64,000 bases of DNA, from contig CM060731.1 of the NCBI GenBank assembly GCA_030704615.1, positions 80,476,001-80,540,000 of the forward strand. Reading direction: 5' to 3'. This document shows, piece after piece, positions 13,850 to 27,700 of the stretch; the first letter of the stretch is position 1; the number at the start of each line of letters is the position of its first letter. The DNA is from Takakia lepidozioides (taxonomy: Eukaryota; Plantae; Bryophyta). The notes under the pieces were generated by a model that was given only the letters and a program-made list of their open reading frames with translations, had not been told where the DNA came from and did not search any database. The position numbers and the translations under genes were made by a program.

Positions 13850-14789
13850 TGCCCTAAAGAGCCTTCTTCCTTGTGGTCACACCCTACCAACTGATGAAGT
13901 CAAGGTTGGGTTTTGAAGCTCAGTGGGGCCTTTCTAAGTCCAAGCCCACCCAGAACTCTTTATGGGTCTGGTAGGACTCCACCTAGTCCCTTAAAGTGGG
14001 AAGTTAGGAAATCGGGTCCCAATCTTTGACTATCATCTGCTACAACCAACCCACAAACGACGATACCTTCAATTATAATGTTATAGGACCCATCTCCAAG
14101 AGGAGGCACTATCCAAAAAGTATCTCAGTTCCGCCCAGTTTTGGTTGGAGTTTTTGTTTTATTTTAGTTTATTGGCTTCTCTTTATTCTAAAGAAGAGAC
14201 TACGCATCAGTGTCAAAAATCGCTAAGCCCCCCTTTCCTAGGTGTGACCTCCTCTCCTTTGCTTCAAAATAGTTTCATGATGCACTTTTTCCAAATAACA
14301 CCTCCCTCAGGTAATTTCCAATGTTGGACTAATATATAGGTGAAGGACGGGTATATGCACTGATCTTAGATACCAGACGAGTTTTGTACCATATGGGATA
14401 ATATTTGGCCATATACCAGACCAGACTCCTATCAGTTTTTTCATACTAGCCACAATAGGTCTCGGGTTCAAACTTCTCCAAGTACAATAAAATGGATAGG
14501 AAGGTCTTTGGCTTATTAGGGTTAGTAGCGAGCTAGGGATAGCACGTGGCAGCCATAGTAATGATTTTTTTTAATTATAGTAATGCACCGTGCCACGTGG
14601 CGTGACGCGGCGCGACATATAGTATGATTTTTTATTTTATTTTTATTTAAAAACAAATTGAGGAATTGCGTCTCGTCACATGGCGCCGCGCGGTAATATG
14701 TATACAGAGTGCCAAGTGAGCAGATACATACCTGACTGTAATATATGTCTTAGTGGCATATATGAGAGGGATGTCTGAGATGACATGGT

Positions 14790-15539
14790 TTTGGTGACTG
14801 TAGAATCATGTAGTCATATTTGATAGGTATGACTGAAATCGCAGTCATAACTGAAGTGGTAAAAACCAGTGTTGCGCGGATATTTGATTCAGCCTCAAAC
14901 CCCCGGCGGGTCCCAATCCGGATATATATATATATATCTGTCGGATCAAATATCCGCCTCTCATAAGAACCGCCGGATCTGAAAAGATGGGATAGAACTG
15001 GTGATTTTTTATTATTTTTTTAATTTGATTTGGAACTGGTGGCCAAAAGAAGCAGGTTATGAACCCATATATCTGGCATTGAAAACCTGAGGTTATAATC
15101 CGGATAATAGCCCGTTATTCGTTCACTTGACATAAAGGAGGCGGGCCATAGTCATGAGCTGGCCTCTCTTCATTTCATTTCTACTCATCAGGTTCAAAGG
15201 GGCAAGTTTAAGAGGGGCACGCAGTTTTTCATTATTTCTAAATACATTAGATTTTTAGTTTGGGTTATTTTATGTTATTAAGATAAAATTAGATTTGTTT
15301 GATAACCGCATACTGAACCGTCGGAGGGCATCCTGACATAAACTCCATTTGTCCATAACCGCATAGTGTTAAATTTTGCATTTGTTGCCAACCGGCAGGA
15401 TATCAGAAACGGAAAAGCTCCAAAATCCCGGAACCGGAGGATATGAACACAAAGTTAAAGTTAAACATCCGTAACCGGCTGACATTAAGAAAATCAAATA
15501 ATTGCACAACATTGGTAAAAACCAGGATCTGTTGTAGTG
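14790..15539. mobile_element. Right terminus of a CACTA element, interrupted by a hAT MITE
   Basis: Ends in GATCTGTTGTAGTG (15539), like the right end at 35751. ATGAC/GTCAT subterminal motifs at 14790-14850. Confidence 0.55.
14867..15514. mobile_element. hAT-type MITE
   Basis: CAGTGTTGCGC...GCACAACATTG termini with 8-bp TSD GTAAAAAC (14859-14866 and 15515-15522). Confidence 0.8.
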
Positions 15540-15559
15540 ACATCTACCAAAGGATTTTT

Positions 15560-16890
15560 CAAACATATAACCACTACATACGAAGGCATATCACAATTAC
15601 CTACAATCAACTCAATCATTTGTCTCTAATCTGATCTATTTTTATTCTCAAACATGTGCATATCAAGATTGACACAGCCGAACATCAAACTCCATACATC
15701 ATCCCTAAAACCTCATGGGGTAACAACTCACAATTTGCTCTCTTTGACCCTAACAACATTAACTATAAACATACAACCCTAAAATATTTTATGGAATACA
15801 ATATCTCGACTATCTCACAGCTTACTGAAGCATCTGGAACCAAGCTCCTCAGCCCACAAGACTTCCACATATGTTACCCTAAACTGGCATTGAGATCCTA
15901 ACATATCCGCTTACGCCATCTTCAAACCCTTTTTTTGCCATCCCACTCCAAAAATGTTCTCATGCATGTCCCCCCAACTGCGCTAAATTCCGACGCCATC
16001 CACAAGAACTTTTACCACAATTTCCATCAACACCTTTGTGAACGCAAATCACTAATTTGTTCAGACTCCATGCCACTCCACATCCATCTTCGCTCCCAAT
16101 ACACACATACATATGATAATGACAACATAGCCACTACAAACCCTTCACTTTCAACAAATAGTACTACTACATCAAAAGCGTATAAACTCGAACAAATTCA
16201 AGGCATTAAACGCAAGACTCGTATAAATAAATACGGTGCAACATGTTCTACCATCCTATCGTACTGTAAATGTGCAACTTCTCTAACAAGTATCTCTCAT
16301 AGGAACGGGAATACAATCTCTTTGCAACCATGAAGATCATTATAAACCAAAAAGCAATTTCCATTGCAATCATCCCACAATTCATGGTCTTTGTATAGCT
16401 TGATAACCAAGGAGTATGACAACTTCAAAAACTCCTCTTATGATACCCAACCTCTAGATGGTTTAACCTCATTAATGTTGACACCTTCGAGGATCAACTT
16501 CGAGGATCAGCTGCTTGAATGTACGTGTATATTATACCCATGCACATGTTGGTATGCCGATGCCTTGATATTTTGCTAGTACATGGACTCTCAATATCCC
16601 CCCCACCTCCAATATGACCTTGCAGCCCTTCCACCATTTATATTGTGGAATATACATTTTGCCATGATCGATACCCAGACCACTCTATTCTCAACAAGCA
16701 AGGAAAGTATGACCCCTTAAGTCAGGCCTTTTGCAGTCGGGGATGACACGTTGCACCACTCATTATTGTTATTGTTGGAGATAGAGGGGGTGGTTATAGC
16801 CACAACGTTCAAATCCTACACCTACCTCTAAAAATACCTCATAAGACCACACTAGCACTCTTTTGAAACCTTCACTTTATAGCTATCACA
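15560..16890 (+). pseudogene. Decayed non-LTR retrotransposon fragment (C-terminal restriction-like endonuclease type)
   Basis: AC-rich broken frames. The 3' part reads roughly K..YDPLSQAF..RG*HVAPLIIVIVGDRGG, like the K..KY..L..GW...G.RG end of RLE domains. Confidence 0.4.
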
Positions 16891-17421
16891 CTCAGCAAAA
16901 GAAAAATTGAAAATGACCAACTGGAGGCATTGTGTTTTGTTTCACATGCAGAAATGGGCTTTCCGGAACAGACATTGGTGATGCTTCCAGGCTCTGACCA
17001 TGGATTCCTTGGAGTTTGTTACTTTTGAGACCAGTTTGATTTAAACGAACCATTTCAACCAAACGATAATGAGATTTGGGACAAGCAGGTTGGTCTAGAT
17101 TTTCTTTGTCCTCCCCCCCCAAGAAAACACCAGCCCAACATCTGATCCTTGAGGGGGCGAAATAAACCCCTTTTCTGAGCCATGGAGGCAGTAGAGGGGC
17201 AAAGCCCTAGCCTGAAGGCAGATAGACTGATGACAAAGACTTGAACCTAGACCCAAAGGCCAGTATACAAATGACTTACCACTGGCCACAGCCTGGTGTT
17301 GTGTGTGACCTTTAAATTTGTTAGGGTATGATATTTTCCCCTCATTTATGGTGAGTTGTTATATATCTATAAATGTTGTGTTTTCCTTATTCTCCATGCA
17401 TAACATCTAAAGAGGGTTGAT

Positions 17422-18751
17422 TGTAAGGGGAGGAACCACATTATTAATGCCCCTAATTGAAGTCACAACCGGAATTAATGTCGAACCAAAATGCAATTAA
17501 TGCAACCAAAGTACTTGACACCACTCTATTAATGCAGCCAAACCCACTCATTCTTTTGTTACTACTACTATTTGGCCTATGTGGCAAGTTTTGTTATGGG
17601 TGAAATGATTTGCTAGATTAACTGTCTTGCTTTTCACGGGTCTTGTAGGATTTATTGTGTCATATATTAATTCACATGTGATTCCCCGCCCTCTATTATG
17701 TCATGTGTTAGTACTTCAATTTTTCATGTATTTGCCTTTATGGCCTCCTTGCATGGTTGTTTCCGTCCATGCCTTTTTTTAATACAATTGACAAGGCAAT
17801 TTTGTCCAACCCCTTATATATATATATGATTTGAGCCTTGGAGGGAAGGGTTGGGCAACTATATTGCCCCAGTTTCCGACTGTTAGAAGGTGTCCACCTT
17901 CCAAACTAGCTCTTCGGGGTGAAAGTGACATCATAAGTTACGCTTGCTTCGGCAAGAGTCTTCCAGCTCTTTTTTGAAGAGAAATCAAAAGAGAGAGAGA
18001 GAAGACACTCGTTGTAGTTGGCGTACCCGAGAGCCCCTTCAGGTTACGACTTATGCTTTTTTGGAGGGTGGGCCCTATAAATTATCATCTTTAATGCTTA
18101 CCTCCTTCATTTCCACACAAACATTTGTGTCATTCGTTGTATATTGATGTGCTTTCCATAACATGGCATGGCTGAAACATGTGTCTGCATAAAAAGCAAG
18201 TTGCATAGGTGTACATGATATTGCGGAAGTATGTGGACAACGGTGACTGTTCCTAGGTTGGCGCCTTCAATATCTTTTACATAAACCACAACCATATTGT
18301 TGATGAGATCGAATGAATCTAAAATATGTTTTCTGAGTGCGGCCATAGTGACTCATGCCATTGTGTCAAGAGCCTCAAATAATCTAAGTGTAAATATATG
18401 ATAATGAACCCAAAACTTTGATATGAAATAAATGACAATAGTGAAGGTATCAAAGCCAGCTTGAGACATGATCCATAAGTCAAGCAAAGCCATTGTAATT
18501 ACACAACCAGCTACAAGGAAAGAGAAAACATATTGTTCAATGGTCGCCGATTGTGAACAAGTTGTTGCAAGAAAGAAAATACAATTTCACCACATTGTCT
18601 CATCACCATGCAAAGCCATGCATTACCTATATTATTAAAATTGACGTGCACTTGTTCATATACTCCAATAAACTCTCGGTCGCTTAGTGTGCCCCCCTCA
18701 AGTTTACTAAAACTCCCTATATATGTTATGTAGGTGGCGGTGGGTGTTACA
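17422..18751 (+). mobile_element. Probable LTR (~1.33 kb) of a truncated or solo retroelement
   Basis: TGTAA...TTACA termini, a preceding purine tract AAAGAGGG and a TATA-like (TA)n at ~17815. An internal segment (17885-17945) is similar to 2146-2215. Confidence 0.5.
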
Positions 18752-19229
18752 CAAATAGGCCCTTAAGTTTGGAGCACCATAAAAAAAAACCCTCAGTTCT
18801 ACCTTGTGGGAGCCGCAGTGGGTCTTGACCCAGTCCCTATGGCCCCAATTACCTACGGTGAGTGCCAAGACTCCCCAACTATTCCCACCTCGAGTTCTTA
18901 AGCTATTGGCGATTAGTATATCGCTCGCCCCCGCTATGCTTCTACGATCCCACCACTCGCATCCCGACAAAGGGTCTCCTCCTAGGAAGGACTTTTGGAT
19001 TTTTTAGTGTCTTAGAGGTGTCTTAGCCACTCAATTGGCCCACTCCCTTTATTGGTTCCTCACTCAAGATGAGACCACGCATCAATGTTGTAACAAGTGA
19101 AGATCCTAATGTAGCTTTACTAGAAAATGCCTAAATGCAGATGAGGTACCTACAGAACTAGTTTTTATCTTTTGTTTGAAGAATATGTGTCACTTTGATA
19201 TGAAGAACACAGTGGTTTAGTACGCTCGT

Positions 19230-21346
19230 AAAGAAGAAAATCTCGGCCCCCGTTGAAGTCATTGATGGACGACCATTAGCATCAGGAAATGTGGACCATG
19301 AAACTCGACCACTTGAAGTGAAGTTTAAAGATCAAGCATCATATATTGTTTTCAATGTCATCCAGTCTCCAACGAATCCTGTGATCCTTGGACTTCCCTG
19401 GTTCGTACTTCACAATCCCGACATCGACTGGCAATCGCGAAAAATTTCTGCAAGACAAAAATGTAGAAATAGCAAAGGTATTCAACCCCTATTCCTTGGA
19501 GCTAGAACTTTCATGAGAGCTACCAAAAAGGAGGCGGCATTTGCACTTTATGCAACTCCGATCAAGACCACAACAGACAAAGGTACTTCAACATTACCCG
19601 CTCAATATCAAGATTTCAAAGATGTCTTCGAGAAGAAAAATGCAGACATATTGCCAGATCATCGACCTTATGACTATGCAATTGAGTTACAAGAAGGAGC
19701 CCAACCACCATTTGGCCCAATTTATAACTTATCCCAGATGGAGTTGGCTGCATTACGTGAATACATTGATGAAAATTTGTCGAAGCACTTCATCCGATAT
19801 TCAAAATCACCCGCGGGGACGCCTATCTTGTTTGTGAAAAAGAAGGACGGATCATTACGCATGTGTGTCGACTATCGCGATCTCAACAAAGTCACAATCA
19901 AGAATCGTTATCCGTTGCCGCTGATTTATGGGCTTCTCGACCAGCTGGGACGAGCGAAGATTTTCACCAAAATCGACTTGAGATGAGCTTATAACCTTGT
20001 ACGGATAAAAGAAGGAGACGAATGGAAAACAGCTTTTCGAACAAGGTATGGACATTTTGAATACAGTGTTATGTCTTTCGGTCTTACAAATGCTCCAACA
20101 ATTTTCCAACATATGATGAATGACATCTTTCGAGAATTTTTAGATGATTTTGTAGTCATCTATTTGGACGACATTTTGATATTTTCACATAATGAAGAAG
20201 AAAATGGCCGCCATGTACGACTTAGCCTTGATAAATTAAGAGAAAAAAGACTATATGCCAAGTTGGAGAAATGTCTTTTTCCATCAATCTGAGGTCGAAT
20301 TTTTGGGCTATATTATTCCGACAAATGCGTCTTTATGGATCAGAAGAAAATACAGACCATCATCGAGTGGATTAAACCAACTTCGGTCCGAGATGTACAA
20401 TGTTTTCTGGGCTTTGCAAATTTCTATAGAATCTTCATCAATGACTACTCCAAAATTGCTGCACCATTGACATGACTAACATGGAAGGACAAATTTGTAT
20501 GGGACGAGAAGGCTGACCAGGCATTTGAAAGGCTGAAGCAGGCATTTACAACGGCTCCCATACTGGTACATGCAGACCCATCTAAACCATTCTTCTTAGA
20601 AGCAGATGCATCGGATTTTGCACTTGGCGCGGTACTCTCTCAATACGGTACAGATGACCGACTCCACCCTGTTGGTTTTCGTTCTCGCAAATTTTCCGCT
20701 GCAGAGATCAATTATGAAATTCATGACAAAGAACTTCTAGCGATTATCGATGTTTTTGAGGAGTGACGACATCTATTGGAGGGAGCTAAACATCAGGTCA
20801 CTGTCTATACCGATCACAAAAACCTCGAATATTTTATGAGTGCTCGTGTTTTGAATCGACGTCAAGCGAGATGGAGTATGTCACTAGCAAGGTTTGATTT
20901 TGTTATTACCTACCGTTCCGGACTTCTTCAAGGAAAACCAGATGTTATTTCTCGACGATCGTATCTTGAGCCAAAAGAAGGGGATGCAGCTTTTGACCAA
21001 CAAAAATCCATCATCCTGAAACCAGCAAATCTCCAATTGAATATGTTATCCATATCCACCAATGACGATGCAGAGGTCATAAAGGAGATTCGGGAAGCAC
21101 TGAAGAGCAACCATTTTGCTACGACACTACGAAGTCAACTAAATCAACCTCGAGACAACCCACAAATTACTGCGTGGTCCCAAGTTCAAGGTGTTGGACA
21201 CTATCGATGGTTACAGGGACCTATAAATCATTTGAGTCAAGAACGAAGAGCCGAATACTTGACAAGTACCATTCGTCGGATTTTGGATTTTCTCCAACTC
21301 TAAGCAAGTCCAAGATTTTACCGCTCCTCGAGGAACTCGGCGCTAG
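19230..21346 (+). pseudogene. Ty3/Gypsy chromovirus-type (Tcn1-like) pol remnant: protease end, RT, RNase H; integrase deleted
   Basis: [42 protein letters not shown] (20161), EADASDFA, YTDHKNL. Stops at 19984 and 20764, plus frameshifts. Confidence 0.92.
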
Positions 21347-21358
21347 AGGAGGCGGTGA

Positions 21359-21840
21359 TGTCACGAACATAGCCCAGAGGAACTTACCAAGAGTAAATAC
21401 CAGAAGTTACCAAGTTACCATGTTACCGAAAGTTATCATGACTTATCGTGATTTATCATGATCTACCATGATTTATCATTACTTACCAAGTTACCGTGAG
21501 TTTACCAAATTACCAGGAGTAACTTGGGAAACTACTCAGGAAGCTTCATTTGGAGGAAACTTCTCCATCAAGATACCTCATTTGTTTAAGGAAGCTTCTC
21601 CATCAAGAAACCTTTGTTTAATCTTGGAAACTTCTCCAGCAAGAAATCTCCATAGGGGAAGCTTCTTGGGGAAGCTTCTTAGTAGCCAGTATATATAGGA
21701 GGCGAGACTGGACACTCTTCAGTCTCGCCAACACAAGTTCAAGCTACTCTTGTTCCAAGTCCAATACTCCAGTCCAGTTTCCAGTATCTAGTATTCCAGT
21801 CCAGTTTCCAGCATTCCAGTATCCGAGTCGAGTTCCAGTA
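21359..21840 (+). mobile_element. 3' LTR of the Ty3 remnant (right end uncertain)
   Basis: PPT AGAGGAGGCGGTGA is followed directly by TGTCACG. TATATATAGG at ~21690. Internal AGTTACC and TCCAGT microrepeats. Confidence 0.7.
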
Positions 21841-21849
21841 TTTTGTACT

Positions 21850-23516
21850 CTTGTCCATTGTTATAAAGATCATCTTGATTCATCTTCACCTACCATGCAT
21901 TCGGCCACGCCGACCTTGACTTCTTGTCTAGTCTTGTACCTCTAGTCTGATCTCTTGTTTGTGTTATGTCATGTTCTCGTCCTTGACACTATCTGTGGAT
22001 GGATTCCATCTTTGCAATGATTCGTGGACCAATTTATTTCCGGCCAGAATCCCTCAAGCAGATGAATACGCTCGGGAGTTTCTGAAATTGGTTTATCCAG
22101 CTCGGCGAGAATGTTTCCCCAGTACTAGTCGTATTGTTCCATTCGACCTCTGTAATGATCGTCAAGCATCATTCATTTCGTCCAAAAATGAATTTTTATT
22201 TCATTCTTGATGAATGACTGTTTTTTGGAGGAGTAGTCTCCGACTCCCAAGATAGGTCTCCTTGGAATGGCGTCTGGGTCTCCTTCAGGGAGCTTGGGAG
22301 TCCCGTCAGGATTGGACTTCCACATCTTCACGCTATTGTTTGTTGGAAGTCAATCCGAATCAGTAGCTGACTTCTCGTACTTCATGACGGACCAGCCCTC
22401 TGCATCCTTAAAAAAGCGGAAGACGTGCATCTCCAAAATCCCGACCAACGCCCCCTTTCCATCCAGAATACAGCCGTTTACAAAATTCTTGAAGTCGGGA
22501 ATCTTCTGAATAATCTGTGGAATGAACTGCAGATCTTGCAAGGTCATGAATGACCTCATCAAATCCGAAAGAATGTAGGTGCTTCGTTTCTTTAGCTTCT
22601 TCGAAAGGTAGTTGAAGAACCCGTCGATGTCCTCATGGGTGTGTCCGACCATAAACCCTAGCTAGATCTCTTCAAAAACATCTTTGGCGGTCAGGAGGGA
22701 TAGAAAAGCAAGCATCCATCTATTCTTATTGTCTTTCGCGGAGTTGTCCATTTGCAAGTACAGTCTTCTCGGAAGTGAATGAGCACCACATTTATCTTCC
22801 GGCCTACATGGTTTAAGAGCATCCAAACATCTCAATTTACCTCTTAAAAGTGATTCGAAAAACTCGTTTTGAAGTCGGTAATCAAAAATGTTCCTGGACT
22901 CGTGACAGATTGGCTTCTCCAGCTGGCGCAGACAACGTGCCAAAGAACCAATTGTAAAGTTTGAATTTCCCTTCCAGAACTCAAGAGAATATTGACCGTA
23001 AGCTCCATCACCGTGTCCGTGCGTGACCATTCCCGTTAGTGAAACTGGAAGCTGACCCAATCCAGAAATCATCTTGTTTGGAGTCTGGAGCCTTGGAATA
23101 GCTGTTTTCTTATGATCCATTTTGGAAGATCCAGATCCTCCAGTAAGTATTCTGGTGACAAGAACTCCAACATCGTCCTCTCCCAGTTTGTCATTGAGGA
23201 TCACCTCGTCCGGAATGCAAGCTTGAATCCTCCCCTCGAACAGTGCAGTACCCCCATCTTCACCCAACAGTATGCACTGCAAGTTTTTCCAGTTGTTTCT
23301 TCCAAGTCCTCCGCTCGGATTCTCAGAACTCTTCGATGGTCTGTGGTTTGATTCATCCTCGTCGACGTCAGAAATTTCGGCAGTATACCTTGTCTCCGGC
23401 GTAAAATCAGGATTCATGTCATGCCCTCCTTGATACTCGTTATTCTCCGCATGAATTTCGCCAACATTCCACACCACCGGGGTCCCAATTGCCTCCTTCA
23501 AGGTGTCAGCATCCAT
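21850..23516 (-). pseudogene. Sola-like DDD transposase, disrupted
   Basis: Motifs KMDHKKTAIPR, LYLQMDNSAKDNKNRWMLAFL and F(M)VGHTHEDIDGFF. In-frame TAG at 22662-22664 and an apparent internal deletion near 23125. Confidence 0.75.
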
Positions 23517-23951
23517 ATGTCCATAAGGGGTGGTTTGTGGTCCTAGTTTAATGGTGCTGCTAGATTATTAGGGTTATGGATTAGGGTTATGGCGGGTTAG
23601 GATCATGGTTTTGTGCGATTGGTTTTTCGAATTTCCGATATTCGGGCCTAGTAGACGCTACTCTAGTAGACTAGTCTCCGTAGACCTCTAGACCTCTAGT
23701 AGATCTCCATAAACTCCGGCAGGACGTACCACACGAACCTCGTCTGCCCAGTGGAGGTTCAGACGAGGTTCCTGCGTGTTACTATGCGAAGGCACAACAT
23801 ATGGATGTATTGAGATAGATTTATGTCAGTGCCTCCCATGCGTTGATTTTTTGTTCTGTCTGTATAAAAAAGAAGGTGCGTAGGAGTGCACACGGTGGCC
23901 AAAGATGGTTCTGAGACCGTCGTCGATATCTGTAAGAGGCCAAGGAGATAG

Positions 23952-24464
23952 AATCCAGTAAACATCAACGAAGCAGTAAATCAAGACACATTACTAGTTT
24001 TGTCGAAAACAAAAACCTTCAAGAAGAGATATGAGAATCAAATTTCAGATGTGGGCTCTGACGTGCGAACCTTCATAAATCCGGGCACTGACGAATCAAT
24101 GTTCGAGGGAATTATTCGACGGGAGACAACGGAGGAAACCGAGGAAGAGAAAGATGAAAGTATTGACTGCAATCTTTAGTCTGATTCAGATGATCACATT
24201 TCTGTACGAGATAGTGAACAATCCCCTGGATCCGTCCTTCCGTCCTCTCCCGGATACAGTCCTGACTCTCTGCAGTATCCAGTATATGTACTTGTAATTT
24301 CTCCAGAATATGTCACTGCTGATTCTCCAGAATACGTCCCTGCAGATTCTCCTCAGTACGTCCCTGAAGATTCTCCAGAATACATCTCTGGAGATTCTCC
24401 GACATATACCCCTAGAGAGTACTCCCCCGAAACCCTCAGGATGATTCGAGAGAGCCTCCTATAG
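23952..24464 (+). pseudogene. Acidic ORF ending in SPxYxP repeats (24-bp tandem unit)
   Basis: One frame with an internal TAG at 24177 reads ...PSSPGYSPDS...SPEYVTADSPEYVPADSPQYVPEDSPEYISGDSPTYTPREYSPE...LL*. Confidence 0.6.
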
Positions 24465-24739
24465 TTATTGTACATAAGAAAATGAAGGGATGAACCTCAA
24501 CTTACAAGAATATATCGAGTTCTTGTAGGTATTAGGTATTAGGTATTCGAACAATTTTGAGACTGGATGATGTATGGAATGGCGAGACAAGCCTTCTCTG
24601 AATAAATGTTTTTTCCTTCTAATGAGTGAAATCTTTTTTTCCTCCTGAATTGAATTGTTTTATCTGTCACCTATGAGAGTGTGTAGTGGTGAACCTCCAC
24701 TGGACAGTGGAGGTTAATGTCCCAGGAGTTTTGTATGGT

Positions 24740-27700
24740 TGTTATGATATGTGTCTGACGACCGAGGTGGTTTGTTGTGTCGACAACAACATCACCCCCA
24801 GGGATTGTATTGTTGGAATGTGCAAACCAAACTGTGGTTCATTTGTTTCTCGAAAATCTTCGAATTTCAAGAATGATCACCTGGCAATTTTTGAGCTCAA
24901 CCCGGAAATCACAGAATGGGGCATTGTCCCCGTTGGAACACCTCCGGACCATAAATTCCGGTTCCACTACAAGATTGGTGCACAGGTCGCTGAGCTCAAA
25001 TATGCAAATGTGGTCGACGTAGAGCTGGAGAGGAAGGTGGAATTTCCGATGCTGGTCATTTTCATGATGGAAGATGGTAGATTTCCAAGAATGTTTGGCT
25101 TCAAACTGGAGGTACGACTTCTAAGGAAGGCCATGATGAGAGAGTCCATTCGGACGGGGTTCACATATTGCGACGAAGGTACTCAATTTACAGATGCAGG
25201 TTTTTGCATGGCTTGGGGTATTTTCTTGGATGTGCTTTACTTAAAGGGTAAGGAGATTGCAAAGACGCGGGAGGAGGATGCTGCAAGAGCGCGGCCAAGG
25301 AAGGGAAAACAGAAATCCACTAACGCTGGTGGTGATGAGAATGAAGCCGGGACATCAGGGGGAAAGAAGAAACAAAAGGAGGAGATGGATCCCGCTTTCA
25401 TGACAGATAACAATAAACCCAAGGCTGCAGACATCTTCGACAAAGAGAAGTGTGAGAAGATGCAGGAGAGGCTGGAGCAAGACTACAAGGACATGTTTCC
25501 TTTTGGGTTTGAGGCGACCCAGGACGTCAAAGTTTCCATGATGGAGCTTGCTCCCAGGGATATGGTGTACATGCCCCTAAATGTTAAGCACAAAGACGAA
25601 GTCGAAGCGCGTCTTTACCATCTCCGGGTGTTCGACTCCAAACATCCAGTTTATTTGATTCCCGCAAACCCCGAGAAGCCTATGGAGGTTTCTAGTTCGA
25701 AACCGCGAAACTGGAAGGAGGTGGAAAAGTCCAGATTCTTCATCATCGGTGGACAACACACGATCATTGCTGCCAAGGTAAATTTCTCCAAAAAATCCAA
25801 TTTTTGTAACAATATGAACCTCCACTGGACAGTGGAGGTTCATGAACTTTAAACAACATGCTTGTTAGGTCGCTATCATTTCTGACCTTATTCAATTCTG
25901 TCGCAGGAACTTGTGCAAGACGTGGACGACAACAATCTTAAGAAATACTACTCTGACTGGCCCTCAAAGATTATATGGTCAAAGGATCTGATGAGGCTCG
26001 TGAAGCTATCTAAGCTCCTAAACGACCCGAATAAGGCGCAAAAATTTGACACAACATTCCCCGAGAAAGTTGCACATGCCCGGAATTTCTTCGAGCTGAG
26101 GTGGAGGCCGAAAAAGTACAACGATCACACAACGAAGTCGGAGACTAGACAATGGAAGGTAAATGATTCATTGTGTTTTTTGTTCCTTTTGCTAGAAAAC
26201 CAAAATATTTTCAAGCTCGGATTTAATGTGACGAACGGAAAGTTCCATCATTCAAATATTCGATTTGTTGAAGTCTTATGTAATGTCTGTTGTTTCGTAA
26301 TGAGGTGCTTCTCCACTTGGAACAATTTCGCAAATGTGCCGATAAAATACTTGAAAAAACCATATGACCATGAAAACTTGATGCTTTGGATGACGCTTGC
26401 AAAAGATTTCACGGTCTTCTGGTATTTCACGGATTTTGTAGGCACATTTGTGGAACTGTTCCTAGTGGAGAACATGAACAGATTGGATAAATTTGACTTG
26501 GAGGAGCACCGCATTACGAAGCAGGAGACACTACATAAAAAGCTTCAAATTACAAGGCACGACAGGATGGACGGAAATGAATTGGCAATCGAATCATCCT
26601 TTGGAGTATAGTATAATTCACATGATAGTTGTAACTTTTGTTTCATCTCAAAAATCAAAAATCAAATATCGAATGAAATGTATAATTTTGGCCCTGATCG
26701 TTTTCGCAGGAATTTATGCAAGCATGTCAACTCATACTGGAGATGAGTAGCGTGAAGGAGACCATGGTTCTAGTTCTCTGTGACGAAGACGTATGGAACC
26801 TCTGGGAGGAAGTGTTCAAACAGTGGGAACAAGAAAAACTTATTGATATTTTCGGGATTCAGTGCAAGGGTGAATAGCTACCGCTGAATAAAATCGCTAT
26901 TGCGAAACTGCAAGGACTTAATAGCAGGCAGTTAAAAAGAGTGGCGGAGAAAATCCTGAACAGGGACATTTGCATTCGGGGAATGAAATTCAAGGGCGTG
27001 GACAAATCCAAAAATACAATGAGCGCGTATATTGACCAAATGAAATTGCGACGGTTTATTATCGATGATGTAATGGAGGTCTTAGGGTGGCCTCGGAAGA
27101 GCAAACAGAACTCGGAACCATACACCAAACTGGAATGGCGTGATGTGAAAAAAAAATACAACTTCAACAAAGCTGAGTTTGAAACTTTTCAAGATCGGCT
27201 CGGGAACGACTACATTGTAAGCAAACAGAAGATGAATATGGAGACGCAGCCAATGACTGCTGCCTTCAAAAAGTATGTCTTGTCGTGCAAGCAGACCTTT
27301 GATGATAACCAGAATGCCCTGGCGATTCTATGTACGAGCTTCAGGTCCCATTACACACAGCTAGGGGGAAACCAAAAATTTGTTGATGCCAGATCACGGT
27401 TGGGACTTGCACCGAAGAAACGGTTTGACGACATATCAATGGTGTTCGTCAATACAGTTTGTGATGATGACTCTGTTGTCTTCGAGGCAAATGACTACTC
27501 CAATATCCTGGATGCTTTTATGGCTAGGAAGCTCATGTCCAGTGCTTTTGTGTTTTTCTCAACACAAGAATCATTGGGAAATCTTGTGTCATACATCCGG
27601 AATGGTCCTGGATCAAAGTCGTTTATTATCCGACATGGTTATTACATTCCCGGTGAGTTTGAATCACCTTACAAGAGCTGCACGACTATATTCTCCCGGA

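Noticed and set aside
23568-23601. Telomere-like TAGGGTT repeats
   Set aside because: Only 2-3 degenerate units; at most telo-box-like promoter motifs.
24686-24720. Repeated peptide NLHWTVEV at both ends of the 388-aa ORF
   Set aside because: It is only the translation of the DNA palindrome; the second copy lies in an intron.
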